From: Ruminococcus sp. UBA3855
GTDB lineage: Bacteria > Bacillota > Clostridia > Oscillospirales > Ruminococcaceae
Assembly: GCA_002392545.1 (NCBI GenBank)
Contig: DGHF01000136.1
Coordinates: 7,932 to 64,279, forward strand
Length of the DNA stretch: 56,348 nucleotides
Reading direction: 5' to 3'
Numbering within the stretch: the first letter of the stretch is position 1; every line of letters begins with the position of its first letter. Shown in pieces: positions 35,490 to 45,774 of this stretch. A model generated the notes under the pieces. That model saw only the letters and a program-made list of their open reading frames with translations, was not told where the DNA came from and did no database searches. The translations under genes were made by a program, and so were the position numbers.

Positions 35490-35518
35490 ATTATAGCATA
35501 ATTTCCGAAAAAAGTCAA
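35490..35518 (-). promoter_or_regulatory. Sigma-A promoter of rplM-rpsI
   Basis: Minus strand TTGACT, 17-bp spacer, TATAAT with TGn, preceded by an A/T-tract region. Confidence 0.65.
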
Positions 35519-35539
35519 GTGTTTTTTCAAAATTTTTTC

Positions 35540-37189
35540 TCAGGATTCTGCATCTCTCTCACGCAGAATATGATAACAAATTTTTCCGCTGTGTGTTTTC
35601 GGTAGGGCATCAGCAAAAGCAATGATTTTCGGGCATTTATAATGTGCAATGCGTTCATTGGAAAATTCCTGCAATTCGCTTTTCAAATCCTCGGATGGCT
35701 GAAAACCGTCTTTCAGAACAACAGTTGCCTTGACAAGATAACCACGCTCTGAATCGGGAACACCTGTGACAGCGCATTCCAGCACGGCAGGATGTTGAAT
35801 CAGAACGCTTTCCACCTCAAAAGGACCTATTCTATAACCGCTGGATTTGATAATGTCATCTGTTCGGCTGACGTAATAATAATAGCCTTCTTTGTCCTTC
35901 CAAGCGGTATCACCAGTATGAAAAATGCCGTCTTTCCAGAAACGAGCGGTTGCATCTTTATTATTTCCGTAGCCCATGCAAAGCCCTTCCGGCATATGCT
36001 CACGGGTATCAATGCAGATTTCTCCGGTTTCACCAGTTTTGACCGGATTTCCTTCAGCATCCAGCAAAAGCACATTGAAATGAGGGTTCGGCTTTCCCAT
36101 TGAACCACGTTTCGGGCGAGAACCAGCGAAATTTCCAATCATCAATGTTGTTTCCGTCTGTCCGAAACCTGCCATAATTTCCAGCCCTGTCGCCTCGTGA
36201 AACAGCCGGATGATTTCTTCCTGCAAAGCCTCCCCTGCTGTCGAAACGTGCCGGACACTTGCGAACGCTTCACGGCGGATTCCGTTTTTCGCCATCATCC
36301 GGAATAATGTCGGCGGTGCACAGAATGTTGTCACCTGATATTTTTCCAGCACCTGCATCATTTGTTCAGAATTGAAATGTTCAAATTCGTAAACCATCAC
36401 CGCCGAACCGCAAAGCCACTGACCGTAAATTTTCCCCCATGAACATTTTGCCCATCCGGTATCTGCAACAGACAGATGCAAGCCGTCATTCCGGACACAC
36501 TGCCAATATTCAGCAGTGACAATATGCCCAAGGGGATAAGCGTAATTATGTATGGTCATTTTGGGGTTTCCGGTCGTGCCGGACGTGAAATAAATTAAGA
36601 ATTCATCATTGACATGATTCGGAATCCTTGTGAGCCGTTCCGGTTCGGCGGAAAGTTTGTCATCAATCCAGACAAAGCCTTTCCTTTCGGCACGGACTGT
36701 ATAAAGCATCGGTTTTGTGTGAGATTGTTCGGAGGCTTCAAAGATACGTCCGCACAAATCCTCATCTTCCGCACAGATAACCGCCTTGATATTTGCAGAA
36801 TTGAGCCTGTAGATAATGTCATTTGTCTGTAACATATATGTAGCAGGAACAGCCACCGCCCCGATTTTGTGCAGTGCCGTGACCAGATACCAATATTCGT
36901 AATGCCGTTTGAGTATCAGCAGAACCCTGTCACCTTTCTGAATGCCCTGCTTGAGAAGAAAGCTCCCTGCCTGAGAAGAAAGACGGCTGATATCTGAAAA
37001 AGTGAGCTTTTTTTCATTTCCCTGCTCATCACAGAACTGAACCGCCCTTTTCTGCGGTTCTTCGTCTGCGATTGCATCCACAACATCATATGCAAAGTTG
37101 AAATTTTCCCCATAGTGCAATTGAAAGCCCTTTAAATGACCAGATTCATCAAACGTTGTTTCACTGAATTTTTGAAAAAGTGGTTTCAT
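35540..37189 (-). CDS. AMP-forming acyl-CoA synthetase (medium-chain/ACSM-like)
   Basis: 549 aa. AMP-binding motif YFTSGTTGNPKM, plus GQTE, YHTGD and a C-terminal KTHSGKI motif. Confidence 0.85.
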   Translation of the reverse strand: MKPLFQKFSETTFDESGHLKGFQLHYGENFNFAYDVVDAIADEEPQKRAVQFCDEQGNEKKLTFSDISRLSSQAGSFLLKQGIQKGDRVLLILKRHYEYWYLVTALHKIGAVAVPATYMLQTNDIIYRLNSANIKAVICAEDEDLCGRIFEASEQSHTKPMLYTVRAERKGFVWIDDKLSAEPERLTRIPNHVNDEFLIYFTSGTTGNPKMTIHNYAYPLGHIVTAEYWQCVRNDGLHLSVADTGWAKCSWGKIYGQWLCGSAVMVYEFEHFNSEQMMQVLEKYQVTTFCAPPTLFRMMAKNGIRREAFASVRHVSTAGEALQEEIIRLFHEATGLEIMAGFGQTETTLMIGNFAGSRPKRGSMGKPNPHFNVLLLDAEGNPVKTGETGEICIDTREHMPEGLCMGYGNNKDATARFWKDGIFHTGDTAWKDKEGYYYYVSRTDDIIKSSGYRIGPFEVESVLIQHPAVLECAVTGVPDSERGYLVKATVVLKDGFQPSEDLKSELQEFSNERIAHYKCPKIIAFADALPKTHSGKICYHILRERDAES

Positions 37190-37288
37190 AAAATTCCTCC
37201 ATTCTCATTCTCGGTTGTGTATACATATCAGCATAAATTCGACAAATATCTGCAAAATAATCCTTTTATATATTGTTATTTGTAAATT

Positions 37289-37319
37289 GAATTGCCCCTG
37301 CTCGTACTAGGGGCAATTC
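37289..37319 (-). terminator. Candidate intrinsic terminator after accA
   Basis: 11-bp stem GAATTGCCCCT / AGGGGCAATTC with a 9-nt loop and a modest U-tract. Confidence 0.5.
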
Positions 37320-37324
37320 TGAAA

Positions 37325-38143
37325 TTATTTACGGAAAAATCCCTTTGAGCTGGATTTCTCTTCAAAAATACCGAATTTACGGAAACGTTCATAACGTTGC
37401 TGAACAATTTCCTCTTCACTGAGTTTCATCAGTTCGTCCACAGCTTCTGCAAGCTGCATTTTCAGAGCCTTGCACATTTCGGGGAAATGCTCCAAGCTTT
37501 CCGGAATGATTTCTTCCGCAACACCAAAATGCTTCATGTCGGCGGCGGTAATATGCAGGCATTCCGCAGCCTTTGCAACATTCTCCTGAGTTGATTCTTT
37601 CCAGAGAATAGATGCACAGCCCTCCGGAGAAATGACGGAATACACCGCATTTTCCAGAATATAAACCTTGTTCGCACTTGCCAGAGCCAATGCGCCACCG
37701 CTTCCGCCTTCGCCAATAACGACGGAAATGACCGGAGTTTTCAAGCCCATCATTTCCATGATGCTCTCTGCAATTGCCTGACCCTGACCACGTTCTTCAG
37801 CTTCTGCCGCCGGATATGCGCCTAATGTATCCACAAAGCAGATAACAGGACGATGGAATTTTTCAGCCTGTTTCATGAGACGGAGTGCCTTTCTGTAGCC
37901 TTCGGGCTTCGGACAGCCGAAATTTCGTTCCATACGGCTCTGCAAATCCCAGCCCTTTTCCATGGCGATAAAGGTCACAGGTTCGCCGTTGAGGTAGGCA
38001 AGACCGGAATAAATTGCAAGGTCATCGCCGAAACGCCTGTCCCCGTGCAGTTCAATTGGATTTTCGAAAATTTCCTTGACATACTGACCGCCGGTAGGTC
38101 TTCCGCTTTTTCTGGCGGTTTTGAGTTTCTCATAAGCTGTCAT
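37325..38143 (-). CDS. accA: Acetyl-CoA carboxylase carboxyltransferase subunit alpha
   Basis: 272 aa. [23 protein letters not shown] and [16 protein letters not shown] overlap with accD. Confidence 0.9.
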   Translation of the reverse strand: MTAYEKLKTARKSGRPTGGQYVKEIFENPIELHGDRRFGDDLAIYSGLAYLNGEPVTFIAMEKGWDLQSRMERNFGCPKPEGYRKALRLMKQAEKFHRPVICFVDTLGAYPAAEAEERGQGQAIAESIMEMMGLKTPVISVVIGEGGSGGALALASANKVYILENAVYSVISPEGCASILWKESTQENVAKAAECLHITAADMKHFGVAEEIIPESLEHFPEMCKALKMQLAEAVDELMKLSEEEIVQQRYERFRKFGIFEEKSSSKGFFRK

Positions 38144-38955
38144 GAAACATCCCTCCTTCCGTGCATTGTGAGGAGCTGAGTCAAAGTGCCCCGAAGTTCA
38201 TTCCTTGGAATAATCGCATCAATGAACCCATGATGCAGTAAAAATTCAGCACTCTGGAAGTTATCAGGGAGCTGGCTTTTCGTGGTCTGTTCCACAACTC
38301 TGCGCCCTGCAAAGCCTACAAGGGCTTTTGGTTCAGCAAGGATAATATCTCCCTGCATTGCGAAAGAAGCCGTGACACCGCCTGTTGTGGGGTCGGTGAG
38401 GACGGTAATATATAACAGCCCTGCATTGCTGTGCTGTTTGACTGCACCGCTGACCTTTGCCATCTGCATGAGGGAAACAATACCCTCCTGCATTCTTGCA
38501 CCGCCGGAAGCCGTGAAACCAATTACAGGCAGTTGATTTGCTGTTGCATATTCGAACAGTCTTGTAATTTTCTCACCGACAACAGAACCCATACTCGCCA
38601 TGATGAATTTAGAATCCATCACGAACAATGCAACTTCCTTTCCGCCAATTGCTGCCTTTCCGCAGACAACAGCATCATCTTCCTTTGTGGAAGCCTTAGC
38701 CTTTTCGAGTTTATCAGCATAATTGGGGAATTCCAGAAAATCCTTGCTGACAAGTCCGGTATCAATTTCAGTGAAACTCTTTTTATCCGCAGTCAGTTCG
38801 ATTCTGTCTCTTGCACCGAGGCGGTAATAATAACCGCAGTTCGGGCAGATATACAGATTTTGTGTCAGATTGTAAGCAGTTTCTTCATTTCCGCACTTTT
38901 TACATTTGATTTTTGTGGAATTCGTTGCTTTCTGAAACATATCCATGAGTCCCAT
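38140..38955 (-). CDS. accD: Acetyl-CoA carboxylase carboxyltransferase subunit beta
   Basis: 271 aa. N-terminal zinc ribbon CKKCG..CPNCG and [18 protein letters not shown]. Confidence 0.9.
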   Translation of the reverse strand: MGLMDMFQKATNSTKIKCKKCGNEETAYNLTQNLYICPNCGYYYRLGARDRIELTADKKSFTEIDTGLVSKDFLEFPNYADKLEKAKASTKEDDAVVCGKAAIGGKEVALFVMDSKFIMASMGSVVGEKITRLFEYATANQLPVIGFTASGGARMQEGIVSLMQMAKVSGAVKQHSNAGLLYITVLTDPTTGGVTASFAMQGDIILAEPKALVGFAGRRVVEQTTKSQLPDNFQSAEFLLHHGFIDAIIPRNELRGTLTQLLTMHGRRDVS

Positions 38956-39380
38956 TACTTCCCCTCCTTTGCTGAAACAAGTGCAAAGGAGAATTCCGCC
39001 TTGACAGCCAATTTACCGTTGACAGTTCCCTTTCCTTCACAGAAATAGAAATTTCCCTTGCTTTTGATGATTTTGCATTCTGTTTCGTAAGTATCCCCCG
39101 GTCTGACAGGGGTCTTGAATTTCACTTTGTCCAGCCCTGTGAAAAAAGGTGTCTTCCCTTTTCCGGCATCCGCCAGCAATACACAGGCAGACTGCGCCAG
39201 AATTTCACAAAGAATCACCCCCGGAACAACAGGATTATCCGGAAAATGCCCTTTCAGAAACCATTCATCACCAGTGATATGTAATTTTCCATGAGCAATG
39301 CCATCTTCACAGGTTGCCTCATCCAGCAATAACATATTGTCACGGTGGGGAATGATTTGCATAATTTCTTCTTTTGTCAT
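38955..39380 (-). CDS. fabZ: 3-hydroxyacyl-ACP dehydratase FabZ
   Basis: 141 aa. [11 protein letters not shown]-type start and [19 protein letters not shown]. Confidence 0.9.
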   Translation of the reverse strand: MTKEEIMQIIPHRDNMLLLDEATCEDGIAHGKLHITGDEWFLKGHFPDNPVVPGVILCEILAQSACVLLADAGKGKTPFFTGLDKVKFKTPVRPGDTYETECKIIKSKGNFYFCEGKGTVNGKLAVKAEFSFALVSAKEGK

Positions 39381-39392
39381 AATACAGCCCCC

Positions 39393-40619
39393 TCAGATTT
39401 TCTTGAGTGCGATAACAGCATTATGACCGCCGAAGCCCAGATTAGAAGAAATTGCTCCGTTGATGGGGGTCTTTACAGCAACATTAGGAGTGTAATCAAG
39501 GTCAAGTTCGGGGTCTGGTTCGGCATAGTGGATAGTCGGGGGAACAGTATTTTCCTGCATTGCCAGAATACAAGCAATCGCTTCCACAGTACCAGTTGCG
39601 CCGAGCATATGACCAGTCATGGACTTTGTAGAGCTAATGTGCAGTTTCTTTGCATCCTCACCGAAAGCCTTTTTAATGGCAGTTGTTTCGGTCTTGTCAT
39701 TGAGAGGAGTAGAAGTGCCGTGAGCATTGAAATACACTTCGGAAAGGTCAATGTCACCAAGTCCCTGATATGCTTCCAGAATTGCCTTTGTGACATAGGT
39801 TGCATCAGGGTCGGGAGCGGTTACATGATGAGCGTCACAGGTTGAGCCATAGCCCACAACCTCAGCCAGAATTTTCGCCCCTCTTGCAACAGCGTGTTCG
39901 TATTCTTCCAATACCACAACGCCAGCACCTTCCGCCATGACGAAACCGCTTCTGTTTTTGTCGAACGGACAGCAAGCTGTTTCGGGGTCATTGGAATTAG
40001 AAAGAGCCTGACAATTTGCGAATCCTGCAATTGTCAGCGGTTCAATTCCGGATTCTGCACCGCCACAAATCATGGCATCTGCATAACCGTGAAGAATGGT
40101 ACGATAACCCTCACCGATTGCCGTTGTACCTGTTGCGCAGGCAGTCGAAACCGCCACACAAGGGCCATTTGCTTTGAATTCAATGGCAATGTTTCCGGCA
40201 GCGATGTTATAAATCATCTTCGGCACAAAGTACGGAGAAACTTTTCTAGCACCCTTTTCCAGCAGGTTCTTGTGGTCGGTGCAGAGTGTATTGATACCGC
40301 CGATACCTGAACCAAAGCAGACACCAATTCTGTCGCTTTCCATTGTCCCTGCAAGTCCGCTCTGTTCCATTGCCTCTCTGGAAGCAACCAGCGCAAATTG
40401 TGTAAAGGGGTCAATTTTGCGGGCAACTGCTTTTCCAAGGATTGCATTGGCATCAAAATTTTTCACTTCCCCTGCAACCTGTGATTTCATTTCGGATGCA
40501 TCAAATTTTGTAATGGGAGCGATACCATTTTTACCTGAAAATATCGCTGTTCTGAACTCCTCCACATTATTGCCGACAGGAGTCACAGCACCCATTCCAG
40601 TAATGACGATTCTTCTCAT
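39393..40619 (-). CDS. fabF: 3-oxoacyl-ACP synthase II
   Basis: 408 aa. MRRIVITGMGAVTPVG, active-site AVSTACATG, and NAHGTSTPLND / GHMLGATG. Confidence 0.9.
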   Translation of the reverse strand: MRRIVITGMGAVTPVGNNVEEFRTAIFSGKNGIAPITKFDASEMKSQVAGEVKNFDANAILGKAVARKIDPFTQFALVASREAMEQSGLAGTMESDRIGVCFGSGIGGINTLCTDHKNLLEKGARKVSPYFVPKMIYNIAAGNIAIEFKANGPCVAVSTACATGTTAIGEGYRTILHGYADAMICGGAESGIEPLTIAGFANCQALSNSNDPETACCPFDKNRSGFVMAEGAGVVVLEEYEHAVARGAKILAEVVGYGSTCDAHHVTAPDPDATYVTKAILEAYQGLGDIDLSEVYFNAHGTSTPLNDKTETTAIKKAFGEDAKKLHISSTKSMTGHMLGATGTVEAIACILAMQENTVPPTIHYAEPDPELDLDYTPNVAVKTPINGAISSNLGFGGHNAVIALKKI

Positions 40620-40835
40620 GCGTGATATCGTTACTGAAAACCAATAAAAACCATAGGCTTTTATATTATTCCTTGTTCAGCGTGTCCGTGATAACGTTTG
40701 GCATGACACTCCCAAGGCGTAAATTCCCCTATCAGGGTATATGCTGTCAGTCGCAAAAAAATACCACTGACAGCACCAGTAACATTTCCTTTCTTACTGA
40801 ATTTGCCAAAACAATATTGATATAGTCAAATAGAA

Positions 40836-41561
40836 TTACATTGCCATACCGCCGTCACAGCGGATGATTTCGCCTGTGATGTAGTCGGACATCGGAGAAG
40901 CAAGGAACAAAGCCAGATTTGCGACTTCTTCGGGCTTTCCGAATCTTCCCATAGGAATGGACTTTTTCAGCTCCTCATTTTCCTGAAAAGCGGTGGTCAT
41001 GCTGGTCATAATAAATCCGGGGGCAATGGCATTGCAATTCACACCACGTCCGGCAAGTTCCTTTGCGGTGGTCTTTGTCAAGCCGATAATTCCAGCCTTG
41101 GAGGCGGAATAATTCGCTTGTCCGGCATTCCCGAAAATTCCGGAAACAGAGCTGATATTGATAATTTTTCCGCTCCGTTTTTTCATCATGGAACGATAAA
41201 AATTCTTAATCATGTAAAATGCGCCTTTCAGATTTACATCAAGGACAGCATCAAAGTCGGATTCACTCATTTTCAAAATGAGATTATCTCTGGTAATACC
41301 AGCATTATTCACGAGAATGTCAACATTTCCGAAATCTGTCAGAATCTGCTTGCAGGTTTCTGCAACTTTTTCAGCGTCTGCAATATTGCAGGAATAAGAC
41401 CTGACAGTCACACCCAATGCAGAGAGTTCCTCCACTGCCTGAGTGGCTTCTTTCACATCAACAATTGCAATATCCGCCCCGTTTTCAGCGAATTTTCTTG
41501 CAATTTCAAGTCCGATTCCCTGAGAACCGCCAGTAATGACAGCAACTTTTTCTTTCAGCAT
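40836..41561 (-). CDS. fabG: 3-oxoacyl-ACP reductase
   Basis: 241 aa [18 protein letters not shown] and YSASKAG. Confidence 0.9.
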   Translation of the reverse strand: MLKEKVAVITGGSQGIGLEIARKFAENGADIAIVDVKEATQAVEELSALGVTVRSYSCNIADAEKVAETCKQILTDFGNVDILVNNAGITRDNLILKMSESDFDAVLDVNLKGAFYMIKNFYRSMMKKRSGKIINISSVSGIFGNAGQANYSASKAGIIGLTKTTAKELAGRGVNCNAIAPGFIMTSMTTAFQENEELKKSIPMGRFGKPEEVANLALFLASPMSDYITGEIIRCDGGMAM

Positions 41562-41573
41562 TGAAAACCCTCC

Positions 41574-42488
41574 TTACACTTTCAATTCTGCAAGAACTGC
41601 ACTCAATGTCTCCATATCCTCCACACGGTACACTTTTGCATCAGGGAGAATCTGAGAAATGAGCTTTTGCAGGGTATTTCCGACACCAGTTTCAATGAAT
41701 GTATCAAAACCGTCATTCGCCATATTCTGGATTAACTTTGTCCACTGTACCGGATGGTCAATCTGTTTGAGCATGGTTTCTTTCGGGTCGCCCTCATAGG
41801 GAGATGCTGTATAATTCGCATACACCGGAATTTCAGGGGCTTTCACATCAAACTGTTCCAGTTCCTTCCCGAACGGCTCAACGGCTTTTGTCATGTACGG
41901 AGAATGGAACGCACCACTGACAGCCAGCATCAAACCTCTGCCCTTAACGGCTTTCACATCCTTTGCAAGGGCTTCCAGTTGTTCCTTGTCACCGGAACAA
42001 ACCAACTGCATAGGCGAATTATAATTCACCGGATACACTTTATCATAGGGCTTTGCAAGTTCCTCAACCTGTTCCGTGGGAAGCTTGACAACCGCCATCA
42101 TAGCACATTCAACACCTTCGGAGGCTTTCGCCATTGCTTCACCACGCTTGACAGCAATCTTGAAACCGTCCTCATAAGAATAAGCGTTTCCCATTGCCAG
42201 AGCCGGAATTTCACCCAATGAAAAACCTGCGAAACCATCCGGCTGAATGCCGTTTTCTTTAAGAGCAATTGCAGCCGCCATATCTGCCAGATACAGGCAA
42301 GGCTGTGTATTTTCCGTCTGTTTGAGGGCTGTACCGTCTCCGGTGAAACTCTGCTCAATTGTGCCTGTTCTGATGGCATCAGCGGAATCATAGAGAGCCT
42401 TGACAGCTGGAATATTGTGATAAAAATCTTGTCCCATGCCAACGTGCTGAGCACCCTGACCGGAGAAAACAAATGCTATTTTACCCAT
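41574..42488 (-). CDS. fabD: Malonyl-CoA:ACP transacylase
   Basis: 304 aa. FVFSGQGAQ and GFSLGE active site. Confidence 0.9.
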   Translation of the reverse strand: MGKIAFVFSGQGAQHVGMGQDFYHNIPAVKALYDSADAIRTGTIEQSFTGDGTALKQTENTQPCLYLADMAAAIALKENGIQPDGFAGFSLGEIPALAMGNAYSYEDGFKIAVKRGEAMAKASEGVECAMMAVVKLPTEQVEELAKPYDKVYPVNYNSPMQLVCSGDKEQLEALAKDVKAVKGRGLMLAVSGAFHSPYMTKAVEPFGKELEQFDVKAPEIPVYANYTASPYEGDPKETMLKQIDHPVQWTKLIQNMANDGFDTFIETGVGNTLQKLISQILPDAKVYRVEDMETLSAVLAELKV

Positions 42489-43426
42489 TTTTCTGCTCCT
42501 TTCAGGATGTTTTCAGCATCCTGCATGATTTCATTGATAATTTCTTCACAGGTCTGCTCCTTGTTAATCATGCCCGAAATCTGTCCGGCAAGGACACTTC
42601 CGGTTTTCACGTCGCCTTCGACAGCAGCCCTGCGGAGAGAACCTGCGCCCAAATCAGCGATACTTTCAGCAGTTGCTTCAGGAGCATATTCTTCCTTGAC
42701 GAAATTTCTGGTGAAAGCGTTCTTGATACCTCTGCAAGTATTACCGCCGAATCTGCGACCTGTCACCTGCGTGGAAATATCTTTCGCTTTCAATACCATA
42801 TCTTTATAATTCTGATGTACTCCGCATTCCTTTGCAACAAGGAAACGTGTCCCCATCTGTACCCCGACAGCTCCTAGCATCAGAGAAGCAACCACTCCCC
42901 TGCCGTCACCGATACCGCCAGCAGCAAGCACCGGAATATTGACTGCATCCACAACCTGCGGTACAAGGGTCATTGTTGTCAGTTCGCCGATATGTCCGCC
43001 GGATTCCTGACCTTCTGCAATAACGGCATCAGCTCCCATTTTTTCGGCTTGTTTCGCCATGGTTACAGATGCAATCACAGGGATGACCTTAATTCCTGCC
43101 TCTTTCCACATAGGGAGATAGGGGGCGGAACTTCCTGCACCTGTCGTCACAACTGCGGGTTTTTCCTCTGCACAGACCTTTGCACAGGCTTCTGCATGAG
43201 GACTCATTAACATAATATTCACGCCAAAAGGCTTGTCAGTCAGGCTTCTGGCAATCTGAATCTGTTCTCTGACATAATCTGCGCCGGCATTCATTGCCGA
43301 AATAATTCCGAGACCTCCGGCATTGGAAACTGCGGCGGCTAATTTGCCGTCCGCAATCCATGCCATACCGCCTTGGAACACAGGGTACTGAATGCCCAGC
43401 ATGTCACAAATAGGCGAAGCTATCAT
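42476..43426 (-). CDS. fabK: Enoyl-ACP reductase II (FabK, FMN/NPD family)
   Basis: 316 aa. Nitronate-monooxygenase-like: YPVFQGGMAWI and AEGQESGGHIG. Its position in the fab cluster supports the call. Confidence 0.85.
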   Translation of the reverse strand: MIASPICDMLGIQYPVFQGGMAWIADGKLAAAVSNAGGLGIISAMNAGADYVREQIQIARSLTDKPFGVNIMLMSPHAEACAKVCAEEKPAVVTTGAGSSAPYLPMWKEAGIKVIPVIASVTMAKQAEKMGADAVIAEGQESGGHIGELTTMTLVPQVVDAVNIPVLAAGGIGDGRGVVASLMLGAVGVQMGTRFLVAKECGVHQNYKDMVLKAKDISTQVTGRRFGGNTCRGIKNAFTRNFVKEEYAPEATAESIADLGAGSLRRAAVEGDVKTGSVLAGQISGMINKEQTCEEIINEIMQDAENILKGAEKWVK

Positions 43427-43429
43427 TGA

Positions 43430-43657
43430 TTAAGCCTCTGCAACGAGCTTTTCAACAGCTTCAACCAGCTTGCCAACGGTATTGATTTCGGGAGAGGGTG
43501 TGAACTCAATGCCGAACTTGTCCTCCAAATCCATTGCCATCTCTGTCATATCGAGGGAGTCAATGCCGAGGTCAGCGAAAGTGGTTTCCATTTCAATTTC
43601 TGCTGCGTCCTTGTCTGTAGCCTCTGCGAGCATGTTGATGATTTCTTCCTTTACCAT
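43430..43657 (-). CDS. acpP: Acyl carrier protein
   Basis: 75 aa with the phosphopantetheine site DLGIDSLD. Confidence 0.9.
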   Translation of the reverse strand: MVKEEIINMLAEATDKDAAEIEMETTFADLGIDSLDMTEMAMDLEDKFGIEFTPSPEINTVGKLVEAVEKLVAEA

Positions 43658-43741
43658 TGTCTTTTTCTCCTTTGTGAAAAATTTTAATTATATGCAACGG
43701 GAATTTCCCGAATACATCATGAAATATATGTATGAATCAGC

Positions 43742-44707
43742 TTACCATTCTATTAAGCAAGCTGCATTGGAAAGACCTCCGCCGAATGCGCAGAGAATGA
43801 TTTTATCTCCTCGTTTCAGCTTTCCGCTCTGTGCAAGTTCATGCAATGCAATCGCAACAGATGCGCCGGAAGTATTGCCGTATTTTTCGATATTCACAAA
43901 CATTTTGCTTGGGTCAATGCCTAAACGCTTGCTTGCAAAGTCGATAATTCTCAAATTTGCCTGATGCGGAACAATCCATGCAATATCATCAGCAGTTAAA
44001 TTGTTTCGTTCCAGCAAAGTGGTGATGTCCTGTGCAATGGAGGAAACAGCATACTTGAAAGTTTCCTGTCCCTGCATGTGAATATAAGGTGTCCCGATAT
44101 CCTCCTGTGTTTTCTGGAAATAGGGGGATGTTCCGACGAAATGCGGAATTCTGATAACCTCGTCATTTCCCTTGACAGTGAAAACGGAATCAATGTAATT
44201 ATCTGCACGCTCAAGGACTGCTGCGCCTGCGCCGTCGCCGAAAATAATGCAGGTACTGCGGTCTTGGAAATCCACAATACCACTCATTCTTTCACAGCCA
44301 ACCACCAGCATTTTCTTGTATTCCTTATGCAGTGCAAAATATGCCGCCGCCGTTTCCAGTACATACAAGTAACCAGCACAAGCCGCCTGCAATTCAATTG
44401 CAACGCACGTTGCACCAATATTTTTCTGAATCATGCAGGCAGTTGACGGAGAAGAACACTCCCCACTGATTGAACCTGTGATAATCATATCCAGTTCTTC
44501 AGGTTTTACTCCGGCATTTTCCAAAGCCTGTAAAGATGCTTTTGTTCCCATATCAGAGGTGAACTCTGTTTCAGAAATGCGCCGTTCCTTGATACCCACA
44601 CGCTTGGTAATCCACTCGTCAGATGTTTCAACCAGCTGTGAAAGGTCGTCATTTGTCACAGCCTTCGGCGGTACATACATACCCGTTCCGATAATGCGAA
44701 AACTCAT
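43742..44707 (-). CDS. fabH: 3-oxoacyl-ACP synthase III
   Basis: 321 aa from ATG 44707, with a GGAGGA RBS 7 nt upstream. FRIIGTGMYVP, AACAGY active-site Cys, VPHQAN, and GNTSGAS. Confidence 0.9.
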   Translation of the reverse strand: MSFRIIGTGMYVPPKAVTNDDLSQLVETSDEWITKRVGIKERRISETEFTSDMGTKASLQALENAGVKPEELDMIITGSISGECSSPSTACMIQKNIGATCVAIELQAACAGYLYVLETAAAYFALHKEYKKMLVVGCERMSGIVDFQDRSTCIIFGDGAGAAVLERADNYIDSVFTVKGNDEVIRIPHFVGTSPYFQKTQEDIGTPYIHMQGQETFKYAVSSIAQDITTLLERNNLTADDIAWIVPHQANLRIIDFASKRLGIDPSKMFVNIEKYGNTSGASVAIALHELAQSGKLKRGDKIILCAFGGGLSNAACLIEW

Positions 44708-44903
44708 GCTTGAATCCTCCCAATGATTAAATTTGGCATCCAATAATTTAGTACCCATTGAACACCAGTTTGTTACAAAATTCAATACCAAATAACCAGA
44801 AAATTTGATGCTGATTTTTGTCTATTTTGACGAAGAATAACAATGTAACATTTTTGTTTTCTCCGTTACTAACTTATTGATAAAAGAAAGCTGAGGTGTC
44901 TTC

Positions 44904-45416
44904 ATGAAACAAGAATTTGAAGCCCTGTATCAGGAATATTTTCCCCGAATTTATGCTTTTCTCTATAAACTGACAGAAAGCCATGACCTTGCAGAAGAAC
45001 TGACACAGGAAACATTCTATCAGGCTTTTGTATCATTTTACCGTTTCCGTGGAGACAGCGACGTTTTCACATGGCTTGCCTCTATCGGGAAACATACATA
45101 TTATCGTTATCTGCGGAAAAATAAACATATGGCAGATAATATCAATACAGAAGAATTGATGGAACTCTACGAAAGCGAAGCCACAGAACACCTTGCCGAC
45201 ACCGTAGAACGCCGGATGCTGGCGGAATGTGCCAAAAAAGCCCTTCTGTCACTGCCGAAAAAATATCAGGATGTTATGATTCTGCGTGTTTATGCCGAGA
45301 TGAGTTATGCCCAAATCGGGGATTCCCTGCATATCAGTGAAAATTCTGCAAGGGTAATTTATTATCGGGCAAAGAGAATGTTATTGGAGGAGATACAGAA
45401 TGAATATCACGTGTGA
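44904..45416 (+). CDS. ECF-type RNA polymerase sigma-70 family factor
   Basis: 170 aa. Region 2 (AEELTQETFYQAF..FRGDS.VFTWL) and region 4 HTH (MSYAQIGDSLHISENSARVIYYRAKRML). Confidence 0.85.
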   Translation: MKQEFEALYQEYFPRIYAFLYKLTESHDLAEELTQETFYQAFVSFYRFRGDSDVFTWLASIGKHTYYRYLRKNKHMADNINTEELMELYESEATEHLADTVERRMLAECAKKALLSLPKKYQDVMILRVYAEMSYAQIGDSLHISENSARVIYYRAKRMLLEEIQNEYHV

Positions 45417-45774
45417 AGTAGCAAGAGACATGGCGGAACTTTACAAGGCGGATTTGCTGATTAACAAAGAGAGTATCCAGCAGATTCGCTCCCACCTGAA
45501 AACATGTCCGTCCTGCCGTGAATACTATAAAGCCTATGACAGGCACACCACTGAACAGCGTTCCAAAAATCAGCCGTCTTTCTCTGACGACATGGACGAA
45601 GTTCAGAAAAGAACCTATGCAATATTAGCAAAGAAAATGAATCATCACCGTATTATGGAAATTATCGGCACAAGTGCCGCCATTGGCGCAGGTTCAATTA
45701 TGTTAATTATCGGGCTTGTCATGACAAGCAAGTCCCTGCATAAAAATATCAACAAAGGAGCTGAAACTTTATGA
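45400..45774 (+). CDS. Anti-sigma factor (zf-HC2 type, single TM)
   Basis: 124 aa, overlapping the sigma gene by 17 nt. H-x3-C-x2-C motif (HLKTCPSC) and a C-terminal TM helix. Confidence 0.7.
   Translation: MNITCEVARDMAELYKADLLINKESIQQIRSHLKTCPSCREYYKAYDRHTTEQRSKNQPSFSDDMDEVQKRTYAILAKKMNHHRIMEIIGTSAAIGAGSIMLIIGLVMTSKSLHKNINKGAETL

Noticed and set aside
40743-40775. Hairpin in the fabG-fabF spacer as an intrinsic terminator
   Set aside because: The 9-bp stem is not followed by a U-tract; the U-run lies inside the loop. I kept it only as part of the fab-cluster observation.
44748-44755. TTAGTACC upstream of fabH, resembling one half of the FapR operator as I remember it (TTAGTACC..GGTACTAA)
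   Set aside because: Only one half-site is present, since the partner arm reads ATTGAACA. There is no fapR gene in the cluster, and the consensus is from memory.
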